Source of the DNA: Marsupella aquatica
Lineage: Eukaryota > Plantae > Marchantiophyta
Assembly: GCA_973895155.1 (NCBI GenBank)
Contig: OZ316894.1
Coordinates: forward strand, 6,534,234-6,598,233
DNA length: 64,000 bases
Direction of reading: 5' to 3'
Position numbers and translations under genes: made by a program. Positions 1 through 11,808 of the stretch are shown here, one piece after another. Position 1 is the stretch's first letter, and each line of letters opens with the position of its first letter. Below the pieces are notes generated by a model. It was not told the DNA's origin, searched no databases, and saw only the letters and a program-made list of their open reading frames with translations.

Positions 1-1163
1 GAGTCCGAATTTCGAAGACAGCAAAATCCACTAGTTGAATCAGCCTAAGGCCCGTCTTAGATCATATACTGCTCTGAGTCTGTAAGACTAAGTCCTTCCC
101 AATCGGAAAACCTTAGCAGGATCGGCTCTGTTCTGTCTTGCGATCTTGTCACCGGTTGTAAATACAATCTTACCTCTACATTCAAATAAAACCATGCCCT
201 AAACATGGCTCCTCTCTCTGCTCCTGCTACTCTAGCACAAATTTTGATCATCAAGTGGAAGTAATATTCGGGATACCTTTAACCTAAGTTAGTTTTGAAA
301 GGAAGATGAAAAGTTTCTCTTTCGGCAGCGATACTCCATTCATTTTAGAGAGTACTTTCTGTGCTTCATATGCTTCTTCGTATCATTTGCCACAATCAGT
401 GTATCACCATATATGAGGCGGAGAAATTGACAACTGCAAGAAAATGGTTGAAGCAGAATCGTTTGATCCTCTGAAAAACCTCAGCGAGAATATTGATCTA
501 CCATCTGTCGATTACGAGCTACAGCCGGACTTGATGGAATACTTGTGCTTGGTCGATCTAGCAGCAGTCAGGCGTATAGTTTAAAGGCCAAAGGTGCCAT
601 CCATTCCACTCCGGTGCAGTTGCACAGCAGAGTCAACATCTAAAATGTCCAATTACGGATGGCTGTTCTCTGATTTTTCACCCACATATTTTGCAAGATT
701 TGGGTCAAATTGTAAATGACATTCAAGTAGTCGTATGCAACCCAAAGGCCGAAGCTGAAGCGACATGAGCGTAGCTTGCATACATCCACGCAAAAGGAGA
801 CGGCGCCCTGGCTCCTATCGCGGTAATTTATGACTGGACTTAGCGTGCGATGCATGGAAGAGAGCAAGAGGCTGCACTGTGACCGCCACAAGATCCCAGA
901 AAACCTCCGAGGGTTTCCAACGGTATAGTTTCATCGAACGAAACTTCCGTGGGGAAGAGATCGAAGCGGCTCGAATACAACCTTGCTATGAGAGACTAAG
1001 CATTATGAGTTTATTTGTGAGGCATGCAGACGCAAAAAGCATGCCTTCGGATGCGAAGATCGAGAAGTGGCTCGAAGATAAACCTTGCAATGGGGAATTT
1101 TGCATTATCGTTATCGTTCAATTTTGTAGTATGGAGAGGTGAAAATGCCCTTAGGGTACGAAC

Positions 1164-1340
1164 CTGATCGAAGTATTCTTCATCCAGATCACCGGCATCA
1201 TCGACATTACCGAACATAAACCCCAGCATGCGCCCTTTTCCGCCTCCCTCTTCATTCTCCTCATCTTCCTCCTCGTTTTCCTCCTCCTCCGCATTCTCAT
1301 CGTCCATCCCTCCATATGCCGACGTTCTATAAGCGGCCAT
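1164..1340 (-). CDS. TAF1: TFIID subunit 1, first coding exon (N-terminal TBP-binding region); the gene continues off the left edge
   Basis: Translation MAAYRT...acidic tract...RMLGFMFGNVDDAGDLDEEYFDQ matches the TAF1 TAND motif LGFxFGNxDxxGxL. The 177-nt exon ends in phase 0 at a CAG|GTTCGT donor. Confidence 0.88.
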
Positions 1341-2711
1341 TTATTCTCTTTTCACGGACCTGTTTCGACCTTGAAGGAGGGGTATCCTGGCCCCTCGGGT
1401 TTCACCATATGTACTCAAGTTTGTCACGGACCATAAGCATCTACTCAGTTCAAGAAACTCGTTGTGGCTTTACGAAACGTGTTTGCAGTGCCACGCCCGA
1501 AGGTCCTGTATCTTGTCCTAGAAGCCGATCAGTAAGAGGAGTTCTTATACTTTGTTAGCTGCCCGATCGAACCAAAGAATTTCTCAACCGGGGTATACTT
1601 GTTTCTGTAAAAAATACTGAGCACAGATGCACGTGAAGGAACTGGACGACTCCGTTGTATTCAATCCGTCTAGCGTCTGCGAACGCTTGATTGGTTGCAG
1701 GAAACGCATTCATTTCTCCCGCATCCCGAAATGCTACAAACGATCCAGAGTGTATATGAATAAGGATCGGTGTAGGGCAGACCAGTGCAGAGCTGGATTT
1801 GGCTAGGTTACGATAGGGCTAAGACGAAGACCTTCTCAAAAACATAAAACTCATTTTTGCCTTTTGCACGAACTGTAAGCTGTTCTTCGCAAGCAGCTGT
1901 TGGCCGTCTGTCTACCTTTCTCTTCATATACATTGGACAACTTTGCCTCTTTCCGAGAATCCGCAACGATCGTCCTCGCAATTCCTCGCTCACAACAATC
2001 CTTCATCAGTCCTTGCTTTCGAGTTCGTTCCTAATCCTTTCCAACGGGAATCTTCATCCGAAACCTCTTGACGACGACGACGGGCTCCATACTTCGACAT
2101 CAAAAGCGCTCTCCCTCCCTTTCCGCGGGCGGACATGCTCAACAGAGAGGAGTCGAGAGGAGAAGCTTTTATATCTTCCATCGCCGCTCCACCTGAATCG
2201 GCCGACACGTTCGTTTTCTAAAATAATAATAAGCCCATGTACTCTAGAACTAGTACTGTGCCGTACCGTTCCCGCATCCCAAGCTATGGAACCCGGTACT
2301 ATGGACGGGATCCACAATCGCCAGATCTGGGCCGTTCATGCCAGTTCTCTCAGGCACATCCAAGGACGCGTGGCTCCTTCAAAGGGTACAAGCTCTGGTA
2401 GGCCCAGACGGAGACATGGCCCTGAGGACTTTACTATAGTTGGAGTCAAGCTGAGGTGGAGCCTGACAGTCCTTGTCCCATTGGCTGTCCTTTCCAAGGA
2501 AGTGGGAACGGATGCACAATCTACGGTACCCTATTTTTGCAAAACACCAGCTTGGGAAGTACACAAATTAATGCACAAATGGTGAGCCTGAATACCTGAC
2601 TATGGTGCGTTCCATGGTGCCTATTTCCACTTCTAGCACTCCCAGCGCCGCTCCCCCTCCCCAACCCTGTCTAGTTGTGCCCTAGAGTCATGGTTTAGAG
2701 GAGTCTCGTTT

Positions 2712-2937
2712 TTTTGCCCAAAAATCCAATCATTTACCTAAAAAATAGGCAGGCCAATGATATTCAGGCTGAAATTTAAAATTATGTTTCATTCGCCACC
2801 ACCTAATGCACTATGGGGGAATGTTAGCCAGAAAATACTCTATAACTGAAACAAAGTATTTCATAACTAGACCTCTGCTTGTCTTTAGGGTAAAATAGTA
2901 ACCACCTTGCTATGCTAATGTTTAAAACCAAGAAAAT
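2712..2937. repeat. Dispersed repeat, copy 1 (copy 2 at about 40455-40696)
   Basis: Shared collinear blocks CCACCTAATGCACTA, AGGGTAAAATAGTAACCACCTTG and GCTAATGTTTAAAA.CAAGAAAA. Ends are approximate. Confidence 0.8.
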
Positions 2938-4040
2938 CCTTGTCATGAGCCTGAGGAGGTTATAGTCCCTTATTGGCAAGTGGGGATGAACGTAAGCCCC
3001 CATTTGAATGTTCGAAACATCCACCTCACTTTTAAGCTGCAAAAATGTCTGCCTAGTTGTTTGCCACTTGCATGCTCTTATTCAATTTGAGACTTCCCAG
3101 ACCAGGCTGGGGCACAGGGGTTTTGTGGACTCATTGGTGGGGTAATGCCTCAGAACCCCTACACAAACTAAGAAACAAAAATGCATGACAAGGGTTTATG
3201 GCCTTTAGTCTACCTGACAATCAGGCTTTGTTAGATAGATTGCTATTGAGATTGGGCGAAAATCTTTATAGTTTCATGAGCTTCCTATAACTTTACATTG
3301 TCATGATTTGGAAGTATAAGTTTTGAGTCTCCAAACCAACCTTTGTATGCATGGGGGCTTTTATTTCAAGAAAAAATTCCTAGGTCTGCCAAAATGCTCC
3401 CATGGATCCTTGCAACCTAGATGGACCATATTGTACTCACAACCCTACAAAGAGTATCCTTAATTCATTCATCTGGGTTGCATGGTTTTGATCTAAGGTC
3501 CATGGCAGCATCAAAACTTTAAAACAAGAGTTATACCTCAAAAATACAGATGAACAGAATGAACCCTTGGGTTTGTTGGTGGGTGTCTGGTTGGGTATGG
3601 AGGCCATTGTTATCTTTGTCTGTCTGCCCTGTGGGATTCATCATGCAAACTTAAAGTAGATCAAAATTCCTGAGCTCAAGAGTGAGCGACATAGGGTAAT
3701 AGCGGGTATAAAGATAAGTCCTTCCTTCCGCTTCTTCTCCTACCTGAGAAGTTTCAGGTGACCTGGGAGCTACAGCGAGGAAACTTGTTAGGATAGAAAG
3801 CTTACTACTAATTGGCAAACAAAAGCTAGAGTTGGGTCTAGACTTTTAGAGCGAAGCCTCTAGACCGTAATGTTAGGGCCAGACCAAATATATGTTGATG
3901 CATGTATGGTATGTAAAAGTGACGATCATGCATGCTGATTTTTGTTATCACTTTATTGTCATTCAAAGAATAGGCATCCTGGCTAGTGAATATGTATTGG
4001 ACAACTGTGATCTGGACTGGGGTTACTAGCCTATAATTAG

Positions 4041-6878
4041 GGATCCCCATGGGGAGTTCCTTCCAAAATTCATTGATGCACGTGTAGTCACATCAGCATG
4101 ATTTATTTATTATTGTTTGAAAAAAGGTCACTTCTAGGCATTCGATTATGGGAATAGTAGGTACCTCTGGAAATGGTTACACACCAATAACCTGCACTCT
4201 CTACATACATTACCATTGAGTACTCACATTCAAGGAGGAATGAGCACTACTACGCTAGGCAGCATGCAGTTTGGAAGTGGAGTGCTAGGATTTGGACCCA
4301 GGTGGCAATAATTGTTGAGTATTGCTCTTAGTCTTGTGACTCTAGGGCTAACCATAGTTAGGCTAACTCAGGTTAGGACTTAACTTAGGTTAGTAGTGAT
4401 GCATGTTGTATATAACCAGAGCTGATGCTAGCCCCTGGTGGATCTTCAGTTCATTGTTGGAGTGGAGCAAGAGAGAAATAAAGGTCTCTTGCTTTCCCAT
4501 GAACGTAGCCTCGGTCATGAGGTTGAACCACACATTCGTTGTGTCGACTACTTTGTATGGTGTAACATGTGCATGGTGTCTCAGGATAAGGATTATCTCC
4601 AACAATAATGCCAGGAAAATGTTCTGCCAAACAATCATGTTGTTAGCTATACTATACATTCATTTTCTTTTGGATCATATAACAAAATAATGCTTCAAAT
4701 GACTATTATTGAAAACTCATAGCTTGTTCATCATATTTTCATTTGATCATATCACTTTAACCCAGGGCAGGACCCAGGGAAAATAAAGATACAATTGTGA
4801 ATCAAATATTCAACAAAAATATTAGAAGCACATTTTATTTTTACTCATGACCCAATTTAAACTCAGTTTGAGCCAAACAATAACCACATGTTCCCCTATA
4901 TTTCCTTAATCTTAGAGCAGAGTTTCAGCCCATATTGTTGAGTAGGGAGAAAATTAGAAATCATTAATTAGGATTTGGCTTAATTTTGGCTTAATTTTGG
5001 CTTCAAGTTAGTCAACCCGTAAGTAATTACTGACCCGTATGTAATTGGTTTTTACCATTTTGTGAGTGACAACTACCATAAATTTAACACATGCTACAAT
5101 TCTCACATGAACTACCATTCTCACATGCATTCCAATTTGAACGCAAGAGAATCCATTTATTCTCACATGCACTATAACTTTTACACAAGATAATTCAATT
5201 AATTCTCACACTCACTACAATTTTTGCACAAGAGAATTCATTTATTCACTAACACATGTTGTATGATTCTCACCTTGATAAATAAACATTAATGCCTATG
5301 AATAAGTTGTTATCTTTTATTGTTTCAAATACAATATCCAAGTTTCTATTTGAATTTGACATCAAAGAATGTGTAACATTGTGCATATGAACTTGACATT
5401 TTTTTCATGCTTGTCACACAAGTGTCTTCATGGTCACACCAGTGCTACAACAAGCTGCACAATGTCCACCATTAATAATTAGTCTGAGGACCCTTGGGGT
5501 ATGTAAGCTTGTTACGGACCCCATGAGAGGTCCCTTCCAAAATTCCTGGCACCACAATATGTCAGGTCAACAACAACCGCAACAAACAAGACTCATCAGT
5601 TTGTGAATCAAACTTGTAATTTTCATTCGTGTTTGTGTCAATTTGGGTGTAAATTTTGGGACGCCATGCCGTAAAAAGAAAAGTAAAAATTATAGAAATA
5701 CAAAGAGCAAGACGGTTGAAACTATCACTATATAACAATTTTAGTTACTTGTCCAATTTTAAAACTTAAATTCAAAGATTTGAAAAGGATTTTTTTTCAT
5801 ATAATAAATAATGACTAATAACTAACTTGATAACCTCCTTGTTAAGGGGTAATTGACACCTGGAGTAAGATTTCCGGCCCTTTGCAATTAAGGTAAACGA
5901 CTACCCATGGTCCAAACTTGAACTCAACGAACTGATACAATTCATTTGATCAGACGTTCATCTAATTTCAAATGGACTTGTCACGGATTGAATTCTGACT
6001 CTCGTAGCTTGAGAATTTGGTAGCATGTAGTGAAAAGGCCTGATTTTGACAACTGCTTGTGATAACCATGTTGTCAGTTAGCCAAGGGGTCCACGAACTA
6101 ATTTTATTGAACTATTTGTAGCCATGAAGAGTTGCACATTGGAAATAGATAGATGAGAGAATAAAAATTAAATGGAGTATTCCAGATGAAGTGAAATAAG
6201 GTAGTTAGGATAATTTCATTGAAGACAAATAGGAGTACATTCATGGTAATACTAAGGGTAATTCTCTGAGCAAACTCTTTCCTTTAGTATCTTTATGTCT
6301 ATACAATACATGTAACATTCCATATAGTTCATGTAAAATATTATTTTATGCATAGTAATTGAAAGTTCTTAGAGCCCCTTGGTATTCCTCTGCCTAGGAT
6401 AGTAATTATGGTTTTTCTTATCTTTGCTTCTTATTCCTCTATCCATAGTAGTCAAAGTGTTTTTTCAGTTACCTTGGTAAGTTAGAGAAGTTGAAAACTT
6501 TACTGGGTTTCTTATGTTACCTTGGTACATGTTAGAGTAGTTAAAGAGTTTCTTTTCTACTTGTCATTATTTCAAAAATGTGTAAATTAAATAGAAAATT
6601 GAAACCAGAGAAAACTGATATGTCAATCATAACACATCCAAAAATTATTTATTTTCACCCCTATTTATCATTTTCTTTGTTTACTTGAAATATTACTTTT
6701 CAGTTTTCTATTGTTTTTACAGTTACAAGGTCTAATTATTTTTCTTTGCCTTGCCTCAAATACGAGTAGTCAAATTTGGTTCTTCTTGCATAACTAACGG
6801 TTCTTGTTTGTCACAAATCATACTCTTGTGATTACACGTGCATCAAGGAATTTTGGAAAGAACTTCCCATGGGGATCC
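4041..6878. mobile_element. Non-autonomous TIR DNA element of about 2.8 kb (possibly PIF/Harbinger-like)
   Basis: 52-bp inverted repeats at 4041-4092 and 6827-6878 with 4 mismatches (GGATCCCCATGGG.AGTTC.TTCCAAAATTC.TTGATGCACGTGTA.TCACA). AT-rich non-coding interior and TTA/TAA-like flanks. The superfamily is inferred. Confidence 0.7.
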
Positions 6879-7150
6879 TTAAATATAATACACCTAACAA
6901 GAATTAATGATGATATGTAATTTTCTCTAAATTTATAAATATGCAGGAGGCTCTAAATGGACCATACAAGTCCTTTTAAAGCCACTCAGTTGATCACACA
7001 TCAAAATTTGGTAATATATTATGTGCACTCACTAATTTAAAGAATCATTGATTAAAAAAAAAGAGGATGAGCTTTATCATGGTATAGAGTGATTTGTGAT
7101 CCAATCTAATATATTTTGATGTGCAAATACTGCTACCCCTTGAAGGCTTT

Positions 7151-7207
7151 ACCTTAGGGCTAACCAGGTTTCATGGCCACCTTAGGGCTAACCAGGTTTC
7201 ATGGCCA
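7151..7207. repeat. Tandem duplication, 28-bp unit
   Basis: ACCTTAGGGCTAACCAGGTTTCATGGCC occurs twice in tandem. Confidence 0.9.
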
Positions 7208-7520
7208 GGGAGTACGATCACTCCCTCTTAAACCCCCTGGCCCCAAGTACACCATATGTCAATGTGTACATAGTATTTTATATGTATGATGTTTGACTTT
7301 AGAGCCAATGAAAATGAACTGTACTCTCACTACACAGGGGAACAATGGTCCCTAGATTTTAACAGGGAGTGTGAGGGAAAATCATACTCCCTACTTCACT
7401 ATATATTTGTGCACTCTTCACTCCCTGGAAAAGCTGTGATCTTATTGGCTTAAATATGTTGACACACATGTGTACTCTTCACTCCCAACCTCATGGAACC
7501 TTGCCCTTAGGCAGGGAATG

Positions 7521-7654
7521 GGTTCACTCGACATGTAACTGGTTACGTGACATGTAACCGTCCAAGACTCAGGCAGGTATAAGGACGGGTTCACTGGACA
7601 TGTAACTGGATTACGTGACATGTAACCCGTCCACGAATCAGGCTGGTACAAGGA
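7521..7654. repeat. Tandem duplication, unit of about 67 bp, with four GACATGTAAC sub-repeats
   Basis: GGGTTCACT.GACATGTAACTGG(A)TTACGTGACATGTAACC..GTCCA.GA.TCAGGC.GGTA.AAGGA occurs twice. Confidence 0.85.
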
Positions 7655-8107
7655 GTCGATCTTAACGTGAACAAAGTTTCAGAGTTCCAGCTCTCGGAGA
7701 CGGAAATTGGCCTTGGCAGACAGATTTGAGGAAATGTGACATCCACGGCAGTGTCATTGAATTATGGATCATTGTGGAAAAAGCGATTACCGTAGCCTCG
7801 ATCGTTTTTGCCCTCGCCGTCCAATTCGACTGACCAACTCGTCGAAGTATTTGTACTTCGTTTGCTCTTCGTTTGTAGTAAAGTGGTTGTTTTGTGTGTC
7901 TGACTGGTTTGCTGCCACAACAAGCTCGTGATGTGTCGCCGCGGTAGAACGCACTTCTGCTCTGGTCTTGGGTCTCATCAAATACCCTGCAAAACCTAAA
8001 TCTGATTTGGTGCAGTGTTTCGATCTCTTGCTCTCTCTCACATCCTTTTTGAAGTGAAATCGGCTAAAGAATTCCGGAAGGGGCTGGTGTGCGACTTATT
8101 TCCGAAG

Positions 8108-10985
8108 ATGATGCAAACCGCAGGAGATGCACTGCGGCAGGCCTTTATGCCAAAGGCAGAGTATGAGAGTCTTCGGGATGAACAGCGGGCGTGGAAGAAG
8201 TTGGAAAGGCCTCTGGTGATGAGTGTGGTCACGACTACATGGGCGTGCGTTGCCATCGCATTTCTGGTGATTATCGATATCGAATTTGCAGTGACGGACC
8301 ATGACTGGCCGTTTTGCCAACGGAAGCGATTGGAGAGCCTTCATGTTGTGGCAGAAGAACCTTCTCCATCCGCCATGGGAGATTCTCGTGCTACTTACTT
8401 TATGACGGAAGAGGAGGCAGCGGAGTATTTCTGGATCGTCGTATTTCTTCCCACGTCAATCATATTCGGCGTGGCTATGGTCTACCTTCTTGCGGGTATG
8501 TACAGTGCTTGAATGAAACACTCAATCAAACGTAGCCTTTCGGACTGTCCGCCACACTGAAAGCGAACGAGTTTATGGAATTAATTGTCAATGGGGCCTT
8601 GGCTTAGGAACTCCGAGCACTATCAGTGTTCCTATTATCGGCATTAGAAAAGAATTGAAAGTCTTACACAAAAGCGTGGGCCCAGCTCGGGGAAAATGTT
8701 ACAGCTTGAATAGTCTTTACCTTGGGATGTTGTTCTCAAAGACTGTTCCAGAGGATGAGGAGATCAAATTCCAATTGCGAAGTTGGCTGAGAAGTGAGAG
8801 CTACTCTGTAATTTTAGTACCATGGAGTGACTGATTACAATTCAGCGTTGGTCACCAGAATGGAAGAGCCAGGTTCTGAAGGTTCTATTTGAAAATTTAT
8901 GATATCTGCTAGTTTGCAAAGCAGTATTTTTACATTTGATTTAGCTCGTTCTAAGATTTGAGTAGAGTACAAGTTGGTCAAAAGTCAAATAAATCCACGG
9001 GGGCGCCGTAAAATTCGCTGTGGACTTCCCATGCAAAGTAAATGAAAGTTTTGCGTCTCCTCAAGTTCGCAAGGGTGGTGGAGGAGCTCTCTACCATGCA
9101 ACTGCCAGCTTTAATTTCCGTTGCCCACCACAGGAATTAGTGTCCATAAGGGGTGCTGCTACTGTCCCACTTGTGATAGTGGGCTAGAGGATGCATCCAG
9201 TGTGGTTACCCTTTCAACCGATTATCTATCCTCCAAAAGCTTGAATTGAGCCAGGATTTCGAAGCCAGACATCCTAAGAATGCTTCCGCAAGAGAGGGCT
9301 GACCGAAAAACATTTGTTTACTCGCTAATGCTCTTGACAGGGACATAGGATCAATGTTGTCTTTACTCTAGGGTTTCCAATACCTTAAACTTTGAACTGC
9401 TGCTTCTAGGGACCTGACCTAATTACTCTATTTTTCTTGCTTGCTTGCTTGATTGGTTCTCCAAACAGGATAGCGGATCGATTTCTTGTTTGTCTAGGGC
9501 TTTGAATATTTGATCTCAGTTAATCTTGGATTAAACGTTTTCAAAGGTGAATCTTTGGGGAGCAATTTTTTCGGTGTTTTGAATGGTCTAGTGTCCTTTT
9601 GTTCGGTGCTTTTGTGGTTGCCGTTCATTGCAGGAAAGACCTGATGCGTTTTATAGTAGTATTTCAAATGCCCCGAAGATTGTCGACTTTCATGACGAAT
9701 GATCTTTGTTGTTTGCACAGGGATCGCCGTGGCATACACTGCTCCCCTGAGGCATCCATGCTTGAAGGTTGTGGAGAATAATTGCTGTGCTTCATCACGT
9801 GGTAAGTCCGTTCGTCACCCATACATTGCGTCTTTTAAGATGTGTAGTTGCAGGATGCTAATCTTACAAACTTGGGTTTGGTAGATATGGACAGCTTTCT
9901 TATCCAGAATAAAAAACCTGTCGCAGAGGATTTGAGCTTTCCCAAGATGATAGATGTGCCAGGCGCTAGCGTCATTTCGTATTATTTCTTAATCCTTGTC
10001 CCAAGCCGCCGATCATCAAAAGTTGGTCTTGGTTAAGTATACTGTAGTTAACGGAGAGACCAATCAGTCTTTAACTTTCAGTCAGAAAACATTGTTGTTC
10101 AGAGAAGAGCTTGTGGCATGAGCAAATGATATTCCAAGGACTATGGCGATGTATTGGCTGTCTTCACTTATCATAGTTTGCTGTTGTGCACCCTATTTTT
10201 TAAAGCATCGATTAGTTGAGAGAATGCTTATTGTTACCTGCTATTGTACTAACGAATCATAGAACTTGGTCACTCTGGTTGTACAAAAGGCTACTTATAA
10301 ACGTTCATCTGCTTTGTCATGCTATGCTGTGAAACTCTTACATCGTATGGTTGAGATCCGGCTTATCAAGAGTCAGATCCGCAGTCCATGCCTGTTCTAA
10401 CTACTGCAATATTTATGTGAAGAAATTTGTTGAATCTTTTTACTTGACCGATTAGCGCTTGCATGATGTCTGGAAACTGTTTGCAATCTTCCGCGTGTGG
10501 CTAACTCGCCATCGGATGTGACAGGTGGTGTGCGCTGCCTAGCTTTATTGAACATGTCATTTTTTGTTGTGTTTGCACTGCTGGCATTATGTTTTGGATC
10601 AACCATTCGTACTCTTCAAACAGACTGTTCCATTGCACTGTTCTGGTGCTACGAAGTTGTTTGCTGGGGTACTGCCTTCCTCCTTGCCGGTAGTGCGTTC
10701 TTTCTACGTCGCAAGGCAGCTGTTATTATGGATGTTGGTAGTCATTATGGATCGCGTAATGTTGGAGTGGAGCTTCTGGAGGCTCCTCCTGTTGAGCCAT
10801 ACCATGTAATTGAGGAACGAATTTTAGAAGGATTCAAAGCTTGGTCAGGAGGCCTGGACTCTGACGGAGACCAGGAAGTTTCCCACGAGGATAATTTTGA
10901 CTGGGAAGAGGATGACGAGGTTTATGAGAGTTATGCTGCACCTGTAGATATTTTGAAACACACACAAGGTGAAGAAGATGTTTAA
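8108..10985 (+). CDS. Conserved plant multi-pass membrane protein of unknown function; exons 8108-8495, 9721-9801, 10525-10985
   Basis: Two phase-1 GT-AG introns join into one ORF (…YESLRDEQRAWKKLERP…YLLA/GIAVAYTAPLRHPCLKVVENNCCASSR/GGVRCLALLN…LFWCYE…EGFKAW) with about 4 hydrophobic segments and an acidic tail. From memory it resembles the Arabidopsis At5g11280-type family, which is unverified. Confidence 0.85.
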
Positions 10986-11808
10986 TAGGATCATCTATTT
11001 TTGTTAGAGGTTGAGGATAGGATCCTTGAAACGCTGCCCGGCTCCACAACCTGTAAAACTGGCTTTTCGGATTCGAAGTCAAAACATTTGATTTGACTTT
11101 AGTGCGAGTCCGTTTTTGTTGAGTCAGATTTGTATATTAAAGAATGCCGAACGGTTGAAGCCGGAAGCTCAAAATAGCAGAGCCAAGTTTCCATGTAGCC
11201 ATAGGGGATATTGGAGAAAGAGACTGTAAATGCGACGTTTTTTTGACAAATATGGCTGTATCTCGGGATACCTTGACTTAGGACTTTCCTGCAAACTTTC
11301 ATGGCTAGAATCCCAACTTCAAGGTTAAATTATCGAAACTGGGCTTGGGAATGTAATGAATTTAATGTTCATGAAAGTTTTTGGTGCTGTTAAAGTCGTG
11401 GGATTGATGGAGGTGTATATCTTTTGAGAAGATAAAGCTGGATTGTGAGAGCAGTCATTTAATCGAAATTGAAGGTTATGGAGTTCACAAGGTGTATACA
11501 TAACAATTCTCTCAAATCATAGATACAATATATGTACAATCACGGTTAGTTCTCGATAGACCTGATGTGTGTGAAGTGGTAGTTGACAGAATCTTGAAAG
11601 TATGATTATTATGACACAAAAACTAGGTGTCCTATTGAGGACTTATCAAGTTCTTGGGCATTTCACTTCATAATGGTGTAACTTATCTCCCTAAAACATC
11701 TGTATTCATATCGTGGCTGAAAAAGAATCATCACTGAAAAGAATCATGGATAACTGATATAAAAATTCATATAAGGAATAACCCTTGCTATGTTGCTATG
11801 TTGCTATC

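Noticed and set aside
1857-2585. 242-aa ORF on the + strand upstream of TAF1
   Set aside because: It has a non-ATG start, Ser/Arg/Leu-rich composition and no recognisable motifs. It probably overlaps the promoter or leader region.
7521-7654. Repeat-spacer-like pattern of GACATGTAAC suggestive of CRISPR
   Set aside because: The intervening sequences are themselves duplicated, the context is eukaryotic, and there are no cas genes. It is a simple tandem duplication.
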